DNA of 64,000 nt from Nitrospirales bacterium. GTDB lineage: Bacteria; Nitrospirota; Nitrospiria; Nitrospirales; UBA8639. The notes under the pieces are model-generated. The model was not told the DNA's origin. It saw only the letters and a program-made list of their open reading frames with translations, and made no database searches. How positions within the stretch are numbered: the first letter of the stretch is position 1; each line of letters begins with the position of its first letter. Below, piece by piece: positions 1-8,757 of this stretch. Position numbers and translations under genes: made by a program. Where the stretch lies: contig OY820905.2 of NCBI GenBank assembly GCA_963555755.3, forward strand, positions 3,168,001 through 3,232,000, read 5' to 3'.

Positions 1-2
1 AA

Positions 3-2714
3 AGCATTCAAGGGCCCTTTGTGAACGATGAATTCGGAGACGTCTTTGGCATCCTCCTTACGATTATTGGCGACGGGTTCGAATATCGGGAGCTCAAGGA
101 CATGGCCGATGATATGCGCGACGAATTGTTGCGGTTGGATGATGTGGCCAAAGTCGACATCACCGGTGCACAAGATGAGCGCGTTTTTGTGGAATATAAC
201 AATGCCCGCCTGTCCGAGCTCGGCATTTCACCCTCTCAATTACAGCAAATGCTCCAAGCCACCAATATCATTATTCCAGGCGGTGACATCACCACGACTG
301 AAGAAAAAATCGTGCTTGAGCCTTCTGGAAACTTTGAATCATTTGAAGAGGTTCAACGCACGGTTATTAATATTCCCGGCACAAAGGAAATGATTTACCT
401 GGAAGATGTCGTGGCTATCACGAGAGGCTATATTGATCCACCTGATACGAAAATGCGTGCGACAGGAGAGCCGGCGCTGGGATTGGCGATTTCGATGCGT
501 GAAGGGGGAAACATGGTTAGCCTCGGTAACCAGGTCAACGAGGTCCTCAAGAGGGCGGAAGGCCAGTTCCCGATCGGGATTGAGTTTGACACGATCCAGT
601 TCCAACCCGGAGCGGTGAAGAAGAAAATTGATGATTTTGCAGGAAATTTGATCCAGGCAGTGATTATTGTTGGTGGGGTGATGCTGCTGACATTAGGTCT
701 GCGGACTGGTCTCGTCGTCATGAGTCTTATTCCCATGGCCATCGTGATGAATTTTATGGTGATGTCATTTTTCGGTATTGGTATCGATCAAATGTCATTG
801 GCGGCCCTCATTATTGCACTAGGTCTCTTGGTTGATAATGCCATTGTCATGTCAGAATCCACCATGGTTCGAATGGCTGCAGGTATGCCGGCCATGGATG
901 CGGCGGTAAATTCTGCCAATGAGTTAAAGATTCCTCTGTTAACGTCTTCTCTCACAACGGCCGCAGCCTTTCTTCCTATTTATCTTGCGGAGTCAAATGC
1001 AGGTGAGTATACCGCCCCGATCTTTCAGGTGGTGACCATTACGCTGTTGTGCTCTTGGTTGTTAGCCCTCACCATGGTTCCATTGCTCTGTGTTCATTTC
1101 TTGAAAGTCAAAGTCGACCCGGAAGGCGAAGCCTTTCATTCACCGTTTTACGTGCGATACCGAAATGTACTGATGATGCTGGTCCGGCACCCATGGTTTT
1201 CAATGGCGGGAGTGTTAGGGGTTTTCTTCATTTCTCTTATTGGCTTCACCTATATTCCCAATATTTTCTTTCCCCCAAACGATCGCCCAACATTTACTGC
1301 AGAAATTGAATTGCCCACGGGAACACCTATTGAAAAAACTGAAAAGGTGGTCAAAGAAATTGAAAGGTTTATTCTAGACAACTTACAAGTCAGCGCGGAC
1401 CGTGAATTTGGAGTGACCAATTGGGGCTCCTATATCGGCCGGGGAGCCCCGCGTTTTATCTTGCCCTATAGCCCTGAGCAGTCTCGACCAGAATACGCCC
1501 ATATGGTCATCAACGCGACCTCACGCGAACTGATTGACTCTTTAATCCAAGAATTAGAGGCGTTTTGCCTGAATCGCTTTCCTGACATCTATGTCACGAT
1601 TCGACCACTGGACATGGGACCACCAGCTTGGCCACCCATCGAAGTCCGAATTTCTGGCAAAGATACCGACGTGTTGTTTGATCTCGTCGATCAGGTCAAG
1701 GCCAAGTTACGGTCCATTCCCGGAACCAAACTTATCGATGATGATTGGGGGGCGCGATCCAAAAAGATTATTGTCGATATCAACCAGCCTCGCGCACTCC
1801 GGGCCGGTGTGACCAGTCAGGACATCGCGATCTCGCTGCAAACGTTTCTTACAGGTTTGGATACCACAGAATATCGTGAAGACGATAAACTCATTCCAGT
1901 GATTCTTCGTTCAGTTGGGGCTCAACGGCAGGATATTGGAAAGCTGGAAAGTATTAATGTGTATTCCCAAGCCACAGGGCGGTCCGTGCCGTTAAAGCAA
2001 GTGGCTGATCTAGATATCGTGTGGCAGCCAGCCAAGATCATGCGTCGCGACCGATTGCAGACCGTGACGGTCGAGGCCAGCCTGGTACCTGGTCTCACGG
2101 CCACAGAGATCAATAGCATATTGAAACCATGGTTGGAGGAACAGGAAAAGACGTGGGGCTTCGGTTACTTTTGGGAATTGGGCGGAGAAACCGAAAAATC
2201 TGGAAAGGCGCAGAAATCCATTGGCGCCAAGCTGTACGTGGCTGGATTGCTTATTGTGTTGCTCCTCGTTGGGCAGTTTAACTCGGTGAGGCGGCCGGCC
2301 ATTATTCTGTTGACCATTCCACTTGGGATTATTGGTGTCGTTGCCGGTCTGCTCATTGCGAAATCATATTTTGGATTTATGACCCTCTTGGGCATCATTG
2401 CCTTAGCAGGGATAGTCATCAACAATGCGATTGTGTTACTTGATCGTATTCAAATTGAAATAGAGGAGAATGGGTTGGAGCCGGCTCGCGCGGTGATTGA
2501 GTCTGCACAAAAACGATTACGTCCTATTGTCTTAACGACCATTACCACAGTTGGCGGCCTCATTCCCCTGTGGTTGGGTGGTGGTCCAATGTGGGAGCCC
2601 ATGGCCATTTCCATCATCTTTGGTTTGGTCTTTGCAACCGTTTTGACCCTCGGGGTTGTGCCTGTCCTCTATACGCTCTTTTTCCGGGTCAACTTTAGGG
2701 AATTTAGATATTAA
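3..2714 (+). CDS. RND efflux transporter permease (AcrB/AcrD/AcrF family), 5' end outside window
   Basis: RND motifs GLLVDNAIV, GIVINNAIVL and RLRPIVLTT; two TM bundles separated by large periplasmic domains; frame open from window start. Confidence 0.92.
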   Translation, partial: SIQGPFVNDEFGDVFGILLTIIGDGFEYRELKDMADDMRDELLRLDDVAKVDITGAQDERVFVEYNNARLSELGISPSQLQQMLQATNIIIPGGDITTTEEKIVLEPSGNFESFEEVQRTVINIPGTKEMIYLEDVVAITRGYIDPPDTKMRATGEPALGLAISMREGGNMVSLGNQVNEVLKRAEGQFPIGIEFDTIQFQPGAVKKKIDDFAGNLIQAVIIVGGVMLLTLGLRTGLVVMSLIPMAIVMNFMVMSFFGIGIDQMSLAALIIALGLLVDNAIVMSESTMVRMAAGMPAMDAAVNSANELKIPLLTSSLTTAAAFLPIYLAESNAGEYTAPIFQVVTITLLCSWLLALTMVPLLCVHFLKVKVDPEGEAFHSPFYVRYRNVLMMLVRHPWFSMAGVLGVFFISLIGFTYIPNIFFPPNDRPTFTAEIELPTGTPIEKTEKVVKEIERFILDNLQVSADREFGVTNWGSYIGRGAPRFILPYSPEQSRPEYAHMVINATSRELIDSLIQELEAFCLNRFPDIYVTIRPLDMGPPAWPPIEVRISGKDTDVLFDLVDQVKAKLRSIPGTKLIDDDWGARSKKIIVDINQPRALRAGVTSQDIAISLQTFLTGLDTTEYREDDKLIPVILRSVGAQRQDIGKLESINVYSQATGRSVPLKQVADLDIVWQPAKIMRRDRLQTVTVEASLVPGLTATEINSILKPWLEEQEKTWGFGYFWELGGETEKSGKAQKSIGAKLYVAGLLIVLLLVGQFNSVRRPAIILLTIPLGIIGVVAGLLIAKSYFGFMTLLGIIALAGIVINNAIVLLDRIQIEIEENGLEPARAVIESAQKRLRPIVLTTITTVGGLIPLWLGGGPMWEPMAISIIFGLVFATVLTLGVVPVLYTLFFRVNFREFRY

Positions 2715-2805
2715 AATGCAGGGAAAACCAACAGAAATGGGATGGTCATCAGAAAGACATGTTGTGTGGGTCTGAAAATTAAGGCGGTAAGGGCAGAACA
2801 TTGAA

Positions 2806-3133
2806 CCTAGAAACAGCAGTTGGATCACAAAAGTCCGCGCAAGCTCTTGGCGCACCTAGGAGCCTGTCCCAGATTAGACCGATCTACTGCGGGTGCGCTG
2901 GATTTGGCCAGATCTTTCGATCCTTTTCGTTAAATAGTCACCACTATTCGCCTCAAACGATCGAAACATCTGACTCAAACCAGCACCTCCTCGTCACGAT
3001 CGCTAATCTCGGACAGGCTCCTCACAAAATACAAAAATGTCTCATCACCACGAAGGTGACCACGACTTTTTGTATTTCACCAGGCACACCAATATCTTAC
3101 ACGGCTTTTTTGCGCCCAACTGCCGTTTCTAGG
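2806..3133. mobile_element. MITE (IS1380-like CC ends) carrying a nested MITE
   Basis: TIR CCTAGAAAC(A/G)GCAGTTGG; 5-bp TTGAA direct flanks; uninterrupted 163-bp copy at 36195-36357. Confidence 0.8.
2858..3022. mobile_element. Nested 165-bp MITE
   Basis: TIR AGGAGCCTGTCC(C/G)AGATTAG with 19/20 match; absent from the sister copy at 36195. Confidence 0.75.
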
Positions 3134-3201
3134 TTGAAGCAGACAATCTTAATGGTGTTTTCCATTTTTGAGAGTATGAACTAATCAATGGATTACCTCC
3201 A

Positions 3202-3248
3202 GGCGAATGGTGTGCTAAGAGTGGAATTTTCGTTAAGTTGACAACACC
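3202..3248. repeat. Solo IS6-type terminal repeat
   Basis: GGAATTTTCGTTAAGTTGACAACACC matches the IS6 TIR at 46150 and copies near 43690 and 47097. Confidence 0.65.
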
Positions 3249-3262
3249 TACCCGTTTAATCC

Positions 3263-3598
3263 TTAGTTCCCGAGGGTTCGGATATACCCCAATACATCTC
3301 GCCTCTGCTGCTCGGAAAGTGTCCCTTTCCAGGGAGGCATAGCCGTTTTCGGCTTTCCGTTCTCAATAATGGCCAATAGCTTTTCATCAGCTTTTCCTCT
3401 AATTTTCTTGCTGGTGAAATCAGCTGGAGGGGGTGTTAACACCTTGCTAGTCGGTCCATCGCCTTTGCCATGTATACCGTGACAGTTCAGGCAATAGGTT
3501 TTGTACGTTTCTTTTCCTTTTTCTAGGTTGGGGGAGGCTCCCAAAGCCGGCTGAATAGCCATCCCAAAACAGCAAGCTAAGAAGGCAGCTTGGGACAA
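3263..3598 (-). CDS. Class I mono-heme cytochrome c
   Basis: Signal peptide, CLNCH heme motif, distal AMPPW methionine; start uncertain. Confidence 0.85.
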   Translation of the reverse strand: MSQAAFLACCFGMAIQPALGASPNLEKGKETYKTYCLNCHGIHGKGDGPTSKVLTPPPADFTSKKIRGKADEKLLAIIENGKPKTAMPPWKGTLSEQQRRDVLGYIRTLGN

Positions 3599-3797
3599 AG
3601 CCCAAGGGAGGAAAGAACCTGGACACGTCTTCTGAATTTTCAGGTGAAGTCTCCTGTATTTCGTTTGCGATTTTTAACTTGGATTTCGCCAAAAGCGCGG
3701 TCGAAAGAATGCAGGGGAGCTGATTAATGATAACCAACTGTACAAAAACGCACCCAGTCTTCCAAGCCTTGCTCAATTTGACAATTGCCGGTGTTAC

Positions 3798-5258
3798 TTA
3801 ATGATGATGTATCTGTTCGATCGCCTGTGCAAGTGTGAGCTCTTCACCTTCCTCATATTGCAGCCCGTCGCCGGCAATGATATGGGCGGCCCCTTTAAGA
3901 CATTCCAGAAGTGAGGGATGGGGGAAGATTGATTCAAGCAGGTAGGTGTATGGCAGTTCCCGTTCGATCATGAGGGAACCAGCGCCGATGATGGTATCAG
4001 AACCCGCACCAATGGCGCGAATACCCAGAATTCGATCGTCCCCTTCAGGCCCCACGATCAGTTTGACAAAACCAATGGGTGGCCGCATGGCATGGGCGCG
4101 ATGATTCCTGGCGAAGGGATATTTGCCAACACGCACGTCACCATATTTTTCGCGTGCTGCGGTTTCAGACAGACCCGCACCGGCGAGCATGGGGACGGTG
4201 AAAATAATGTAAGGGATATGATCCATACTTTGTGGATAATCGATGCCCAGGATGTGGGCTGCTGCGCGTCGTCCTTCTGCTTCAGCAACATGTACCAGCG
4301 AAAGGTCTGTGGAGGTGTTGCGATAGCCGATGTCGCCAACAGCATAGATGTCTGGCATGTTGGTCTGCATATTTTCATTGATGGTGATGTAACCACGCTG
4401 ATCTGTTTCAACGCCGGTGACCTCCAGATTCATCGTATCGCTGCAAGCCGAGCGGCCAATGGCAACCAATACCATTTCCGTCTCAATGTGTTGCGTGGTG
4501 ATATCTGTTTTCACGCCGTTTTCTGTCAGTTCCATACCTTGATATCTGCTGGAAGGAATCACGTGGATATCTCTGGTTTTAAAAGCATTCTCTAGAAAAC
4601 GGCTGACGTCAGGGTCTTCATGGCCCATGATATGTTCACACGTGTCAACGAGATACACCTCGGTCCCCACGGCATTGAAGATGCTTGCAAACTCACAGCC
4701 GATGATGCCGGCACCCAGGATGAGTATCGATTTCGGAGTGTTTGTCAAAGCCATGGCTTCGTCGCTGGTGATCACTTTGGGACTGTCCAGGGGCATGCCA
4801 GGCAGAATGCGCGGACGCGTTCCGGTAGCGATGATGATTTGGTCGCCGGAGTATTCATCCCCGCCGACACGTACGCGTTTGGCTTCGCAAAAGCTGGCCC
4901 TGCCTTGAACGACTGTAACATGTAGTCGGTTTAGTCTGGATTCAAGCATGGCAGAAAGTTGATCAGACGATTCTTCAATGCCGTGATGAAGCTTGGTGAA
5001 ATCCAGTGTGAGAACTTGGCCGTAAACATCTTCAAGATACCTGATGTGCAGGTGTTCACGCGTGATTTCAAAGGCAGCCTTGGTTTTGAATGCGCCTTCA
5101 ATGCCGTAACCCATCAATGGGCCATCGTTGATGATGATGCATTTTTTCCCCGTGAGGGCGAGCTTGCTTGCCGCACTGATACCACCGGGGCCACCACCTA
5201 TCACTAGCACATCGCAATATTCATGTTTCACCACATACCCCAATTCTCCCTCATTCAT
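3798..5258 (-). CDS. Dihydrolipoamide dehydrogenase-like FAD/NAD(P) oxidoreductase lacking the redox CxxxxC
   Basis: GGGPGG FAD motif, ATG, GAGIIG NAD motif, YAVGD, C-terminal HPSLLE. Confidence 0.85.
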   Translation of the reverse strand: MNEGELGYVVKHEYCDVLVIGGGPGGISAASKLALTGKKCIIINDGPLMGYGIEGAFKTKAAFEITREHLHIRYLEDVYGQVLTLDFTKLHHGIEESSDQLSAMLESRLNRLHVTVVQGRASFCEAKRVRVGGDEYSGDQIIIATGTRPRILPGMPLDSPKVITSDEAMALTNTPKSILILGAGIIGCEFASIFNAVGTEVYLVDTCEHIMGHEDPDVSRFLENAFKTRDIHVIPSSRYQGMELTENGVKTDITTQHIETEMVLVAIGRSACSDTMNLEVTGVETDQRGYITINENMQTNMPDIYAVGDIGYRNTSTDLSLVHVAEAEGRRAAAHILGIDYPQSMDHIPYIIFTVPMLAGAGLSETAAREKYGDVRVGKYPFARNHRAHAMRPPIGFVKLIVGPEGDDRILGIRAIGAGSDTIIGAGSLMIERELPYTYLLESIFPHPSLLECLKGAAHIIAGDGLQYEEGEELTLAQAIEQIHHH

Positions 5259-5343
5259 TTGCCCAACTCATTAGATCATGCCATCTTTGTTCAGTTTAGG
5301 GTGCGTCCTTCGGACGTCGGTATCGTCAGGTATTCTAGCAAGA

Positions 5344-5404
5344 GGTTGAAAAAGAACGCCAGCGGCGTTCCCTGCCTTCGCCGGAGCGGCTTCGCGCAGG
5401 CAGG
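5344..5404. repeat. Partial MITE end with embedded CCTGCC...GGCAGG hairpin
   Basis: GTTGAAAAAG..CGCCAGCGGCGTTC matches the 47170 family; related hairpins near 6914, 37992 and 59698. Confidence 0.6.
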
Positions 5405-5940
5405 TCGGTGCTTTGTCATGCTTGCGTACCCTTGTGGCCGATTTCAAAAATGGACTCAGGGGATTTTAAGTTTAGGGAACCCGTATGGTCAAAAAACTCA
5501 TCCGGCCTTGCGGTCTCTGAAAAACTCAAATTTTTCGATGGGATGAATGTATAGACGGGGCAGGATCAATCCAACTTATAATACCTGCAATGCGATAGCT
5601 GTAAGGTTGGGGTACTCCCGATAGTGTGGCCGTATCTGAAACGCGCGAGAATGCGCAACGAGGTGTGCCGTGCCGAAGCAGTGACGCTATACCAAACACT
5701 TCCAGACTGGCCCCTGTGAAGAATCGACCAACCCGCAGCCATTCTTGCTCAGACCCCGGTCAATTCGGCAGCCATCTGTCACAGATAATTTCAGTTGCTA
5801 GTAAACTGGAATAATTGACAGTATCATTTTTGCCTCATTCTCTATACATATAAAGGGGCTGTTAGGTGTTGGACAGGAGCACCTCACTTCAATTGTGGTG
5901 TTGTGGGGCCCGTTGGGTGATAACTCCATAAAATACAAGG

Positions 5941-6660
5941 ATGGGAAAAATGAAAGCGAATCAGGTATTACTCACTCTGTTATGTGTCGTATTACTCAGT
6001 AGCTGTGCCCAAACGCGTCAAGCGCGAAGTGTGGAGAAGACAGGTTTTCTCAAAGATTACTCCATCCTGAGGGAAGGCGGAGAAGGAGAGGCACTGTTGG
6101 TCTATCGCAATCCCAAAGTCAACTGGACCTCGTACTTTAAGGTGATCGTCGATCCCGTGACGGTCCGGCTCGGGAAAGATAGCCAACTCCTTGATGTCAG
6201 TCCGGAGGACCGGCAGCGCATGGCAAACGATTTGTGGTCAAAACTCATTGAGGTTTTAAGAAAAGATTATGACATAGTTCATCAGCCGGGACCGGGAACT
6301 TTACGGATTCAGGCGGCACTCACGGAGGCGGAGGAGTCAACGATTGGCTTAGACACCGTGTCTTCAGTAGTCCCACAAATGCGGTTGATGTCCGAAGCGA
6401 AGTACCTTGCGACAGGGACTGCGGGGTTTGTCGGCAAGGCCAGTGTGGAAGCCAAAATGACGGATGCCCAAACCGGCGAATTGCTTATGGCCGGGATTGA
6501 CCGGAGAGCAGGATCAAAAAATGTAAAAGGCTCGTTTAATACCTGGAACGATGTGGAAGAGGTGAATTTGTATTGGGCCTACCAAGTCCGTTATCGCCTG
6601 TGCAAGTTGCGCGGCATGACCTTAGACTGTATTCCTCCTGAAAAAGCCGTGAAGAAATAA
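5941..6660 (+). CDS. DUF3313-type lipoprotein
   Basis: Lipobox LSSC, TGFLKDYS motif, TLRIQAALT; paralog at 30626. Confidence 0.8.
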   Translation: MGKMKANQVLLTLLCVVLLSSCAQTRQARSVEKTGFLKDYSILREGGEGEALLVYRNPKVNWTSYFKVIVDPVTVRLGKDSQLLDVSPEDRQRMANDLWSKLIEVLRKDYDIVHQPGPGTLRIQAALTEAEESTIGLDTVSSVVPQMRLMSEAKYLATGTAGFVGKASVEAKMTDAQTGELLMAGIDRRAGSKNVKGSFNTWNDVEEVNLYWAYQVRYRLCKLRGMTLDCIPPEKAVKK

Positions 6661-6707
6661 GAGGTTCAGGGTGTTTTGGGATAGGGTCTTTATGTTATTC
6701 AATATAT

Positions 6708-7005
6708 GGGACTGTTGAATATTTCACTCCAAAGGCCAATACAAGCCCATGATAGGACGGACAACAGCAGTGGGAGGGAATGTTCAAAAAAGCATGCCCT
6801 GAGTCTTTCCGAAGGGTCTATCCAGCCCTGTCCTGAGCAGAGTCGAAGGAAAGGCCGCAGCCCTTTTGACGCGCGGAGCGTACTCTCAGTACGTGAGCAC
6901 GGCAAAAGGGCGACCTGCCTACGCGAAGCCGCTTCAGCAGGCATGGAACCGCTGGCTTGTCAGCCGTAGCTTTAGCGAAGGCTGGCGGCTTTTTTCAACA
7001 TTCCC
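6708..7005. mobile_element. MITE (GGGAATGTTGAA-type ends) carrying four short hairpin insertions
   Basis: Collinear with the plain copy at 47170-47291 plus four extra short hairpins; contains an empty IS110 target with the CT core at 6799-6800. Confidence 0.8.
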
Positions 7006-7035
7006 TATATTGAAGAAGAATATTTGGATATTCGT

Positions 7036-7569
7036 ATGAGATGGGCTTTGGTTTGGGCACTATTAATATTCTTGTCCCCCAACTTACTTCTAGCAGAGAT
7101 ATCTGTTGACGAATTACCCGATATTACAGGAGGGGTGATTCCACTTCTCTCCTTTGAAGTCAACAAGGGTGGAGAACTATTTTCGAGTGGTCGCGTATCA
7201 TCACGTGGAGAAACATTTTACGTGGTCCGCTTGAAGAATCAGACGGGCGACCCGGTTCTGGCCGAATCCCTGATAGTAGTCGTCGAGCGAATACAAAAAA
7301 TGTCGAACTTTCAGGATGTCACATCCAAGCTGGAATTACCCGATGCTCACGGTGAAACCGAAACGGGAAAGCCCTATTACCGTGTGCCCATAGGAGAAAA
7401 GAAATTCCTTGCCCCATTTTCAGAGAGCGAATCCTTCAGTCTGGAAATACAAAATCCCAATTTGTATCGCCTGTATCCTCCGGTACTCCGTGTGAGGGGA
7501 ATACGGATCACGGCTGCCCAGATGCATCAAGATGCTCTTGCAAACCTGGGGATGGAATCTCTCCAGTAA
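7036..7569 (+). CDS. Secreted hypothetical protein
   Basis: Signal peptide-like N-terminus; ~177 aa ORF co-oriented with its neighbours. Confidence 0.65.
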   Translation: MRWALVWALLIFLSPNLLLAEISVDELPDITGGVIPLLSFEVNKGGELFSSGRVSSRGETFYVVRLKNQTGDPVLAESLIVVVERIQKMSNFQDVTSKLELPDAHGETETGKPYYRVPIGEKKFLAPFSESESFSLEIQNPNLYRLYPPVLRVRGIRITAAQMHQDALANLGMESLQ

Positions 7570-7662
7570 GGGATGCTGACCCGGAGGAAATGAACAAAAA
7601 AGAAGGTCCTTGGGAAGGTGCCATTTAACATCGATTACAAAAAATTTAAACTAGGTGTGTCC

Positions 7663-8715
7663 ATGCGAGCAACAACATTGTCGTGGAATTCAGTCGATAT
7701 CAAAATACTCACCGTGGTCACGATCATTGGGTCTACGGTTGTTAGTTTCTTCCTTGGCGTGCCAACCGTGGCAGCGCAATCGTGGTTATCGTCTCCTCCT
7801 CCCATCAGTGGTCGGACCGTAGAGCGGGACAGCATCCAACCGGCGGATGTGCTCGCACGTGTTCAATTGTTCCAGCAACAGCTTGAGAGTATTCGCATAG
7901 AGATGGGAAAGCCGCACGATACACGCCAGATGCATTTAGCGACAAAGGCCCGTCCCCATGAAGTGTATTTTCAGGCGCTGACCTTGTACATTAAAGCTGA
8001 TCGGTTTGCGTTGGAATTGACAGGAAGTACAGGCCTCAAACCGATACCCGTTTCAGTGGAAGAAATTAGTCCCTACCATGTGTGGCTATTGGTCAATGCG
8101 GCCTATCGCCGGTTATTAGTCATTAAAACGGAACTCAATATTCCTGAATCTTTCACGGAAAGAGCAAGCCCTGTCACGACGACTCCCACCGAAGTAGGCC
8201 GGGCGGTAGTCCGGGCCAATCGTCAACTGAACGTGATGTTGCAGCAGCGATTTTCGCCCAGTGAGGTGTACCAACAACTAGAAGCGGCTCGGCACTATGC
8301 CCGGGCTTTACTGGAAGGATTCGGCACGGATCAGGATTCGGCATCGCTACCACCATTCCAACGAGGAAAAACTCCTACAGATGTTTTCTTGCAACTCATA
8401 CGCTGCTTTGAACAGCTCGAAGAATTTGCCAACGTGTCGGGTGTGTCGATCCTTCGCATAGACGGAAGTACTGCAAGGAAGGTGGCACCCGAATTTCAGG
8501 TTCAACCGAGTGATGTGTATGATTTAGCCACCTTGCTGCTTTCTGATCTGGCATATATTCATGGGAAAAAGTACCGTGGGCATACGATGCCAACTGTACC
8601 ATTCCCGGGCACAAAGTTTCCTTCCCATGTGTTTCAATTAGCCAAAAGGCTCCAAGGACAACTCGATGAATTATATGGGCTCGCTCGGGAAAATCCTGAC
8701 TGGTTGTCACAATAA
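7663..8715 (+). CDS. Secreted helical repeat protein with eight PxxV motifs
   Basis: Signal-like segment; repeated P(S/T/A)(D/E/H)V(Y/F)-like motif; paralog at 43787-44803; start could be 7618. Confidence 0.75.
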   Translation: MRATTLSWNSVDIKILTVVTIIGSTVVSFFLGVPTVAAQSWLSSPPPISGRTVERDSIQPADVLARVQLFQQQLESIRIEMGKPHDTRQMHLATKARPHEVYFQALTLYIKADRFALELTGSTGLKPIPVSVEEISPYHVWLLVNAAYRRLLVIKTELNIPESFTERASPVTTTPTEVGRAVVRANRQLNVMLQQRFSPSEVYQQLEAARHYARALLEGFGTDQDSASLPPFQRGKTPTDVFLQLIRCFEQLEEFANVSGVSILRIDGSTARKVAPEFQVQPSDVYDLATLLLSDLAYIHGKKYRGHTMPTVPFPGTKFPSHVFQLAKRLQGQLDELYGLARENPDWLSQ

Positions 8716-8757
8716 GAAGGTGCGGCCATTTCCTGGAAGGATAAAGAAGCCGTACAG

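Noticed and set aside
2801..3184. 'MNLETAVGSQK' ORFs here and at 36177-36362 as a protein family
   Set aside because: They are translations of a MITE
5560..5900. Possible riboswitch or ncRNA in the divergent intergenic region
   Set aside because: No recognisable conserved motif by eye; an Rfam covariance search would be needed
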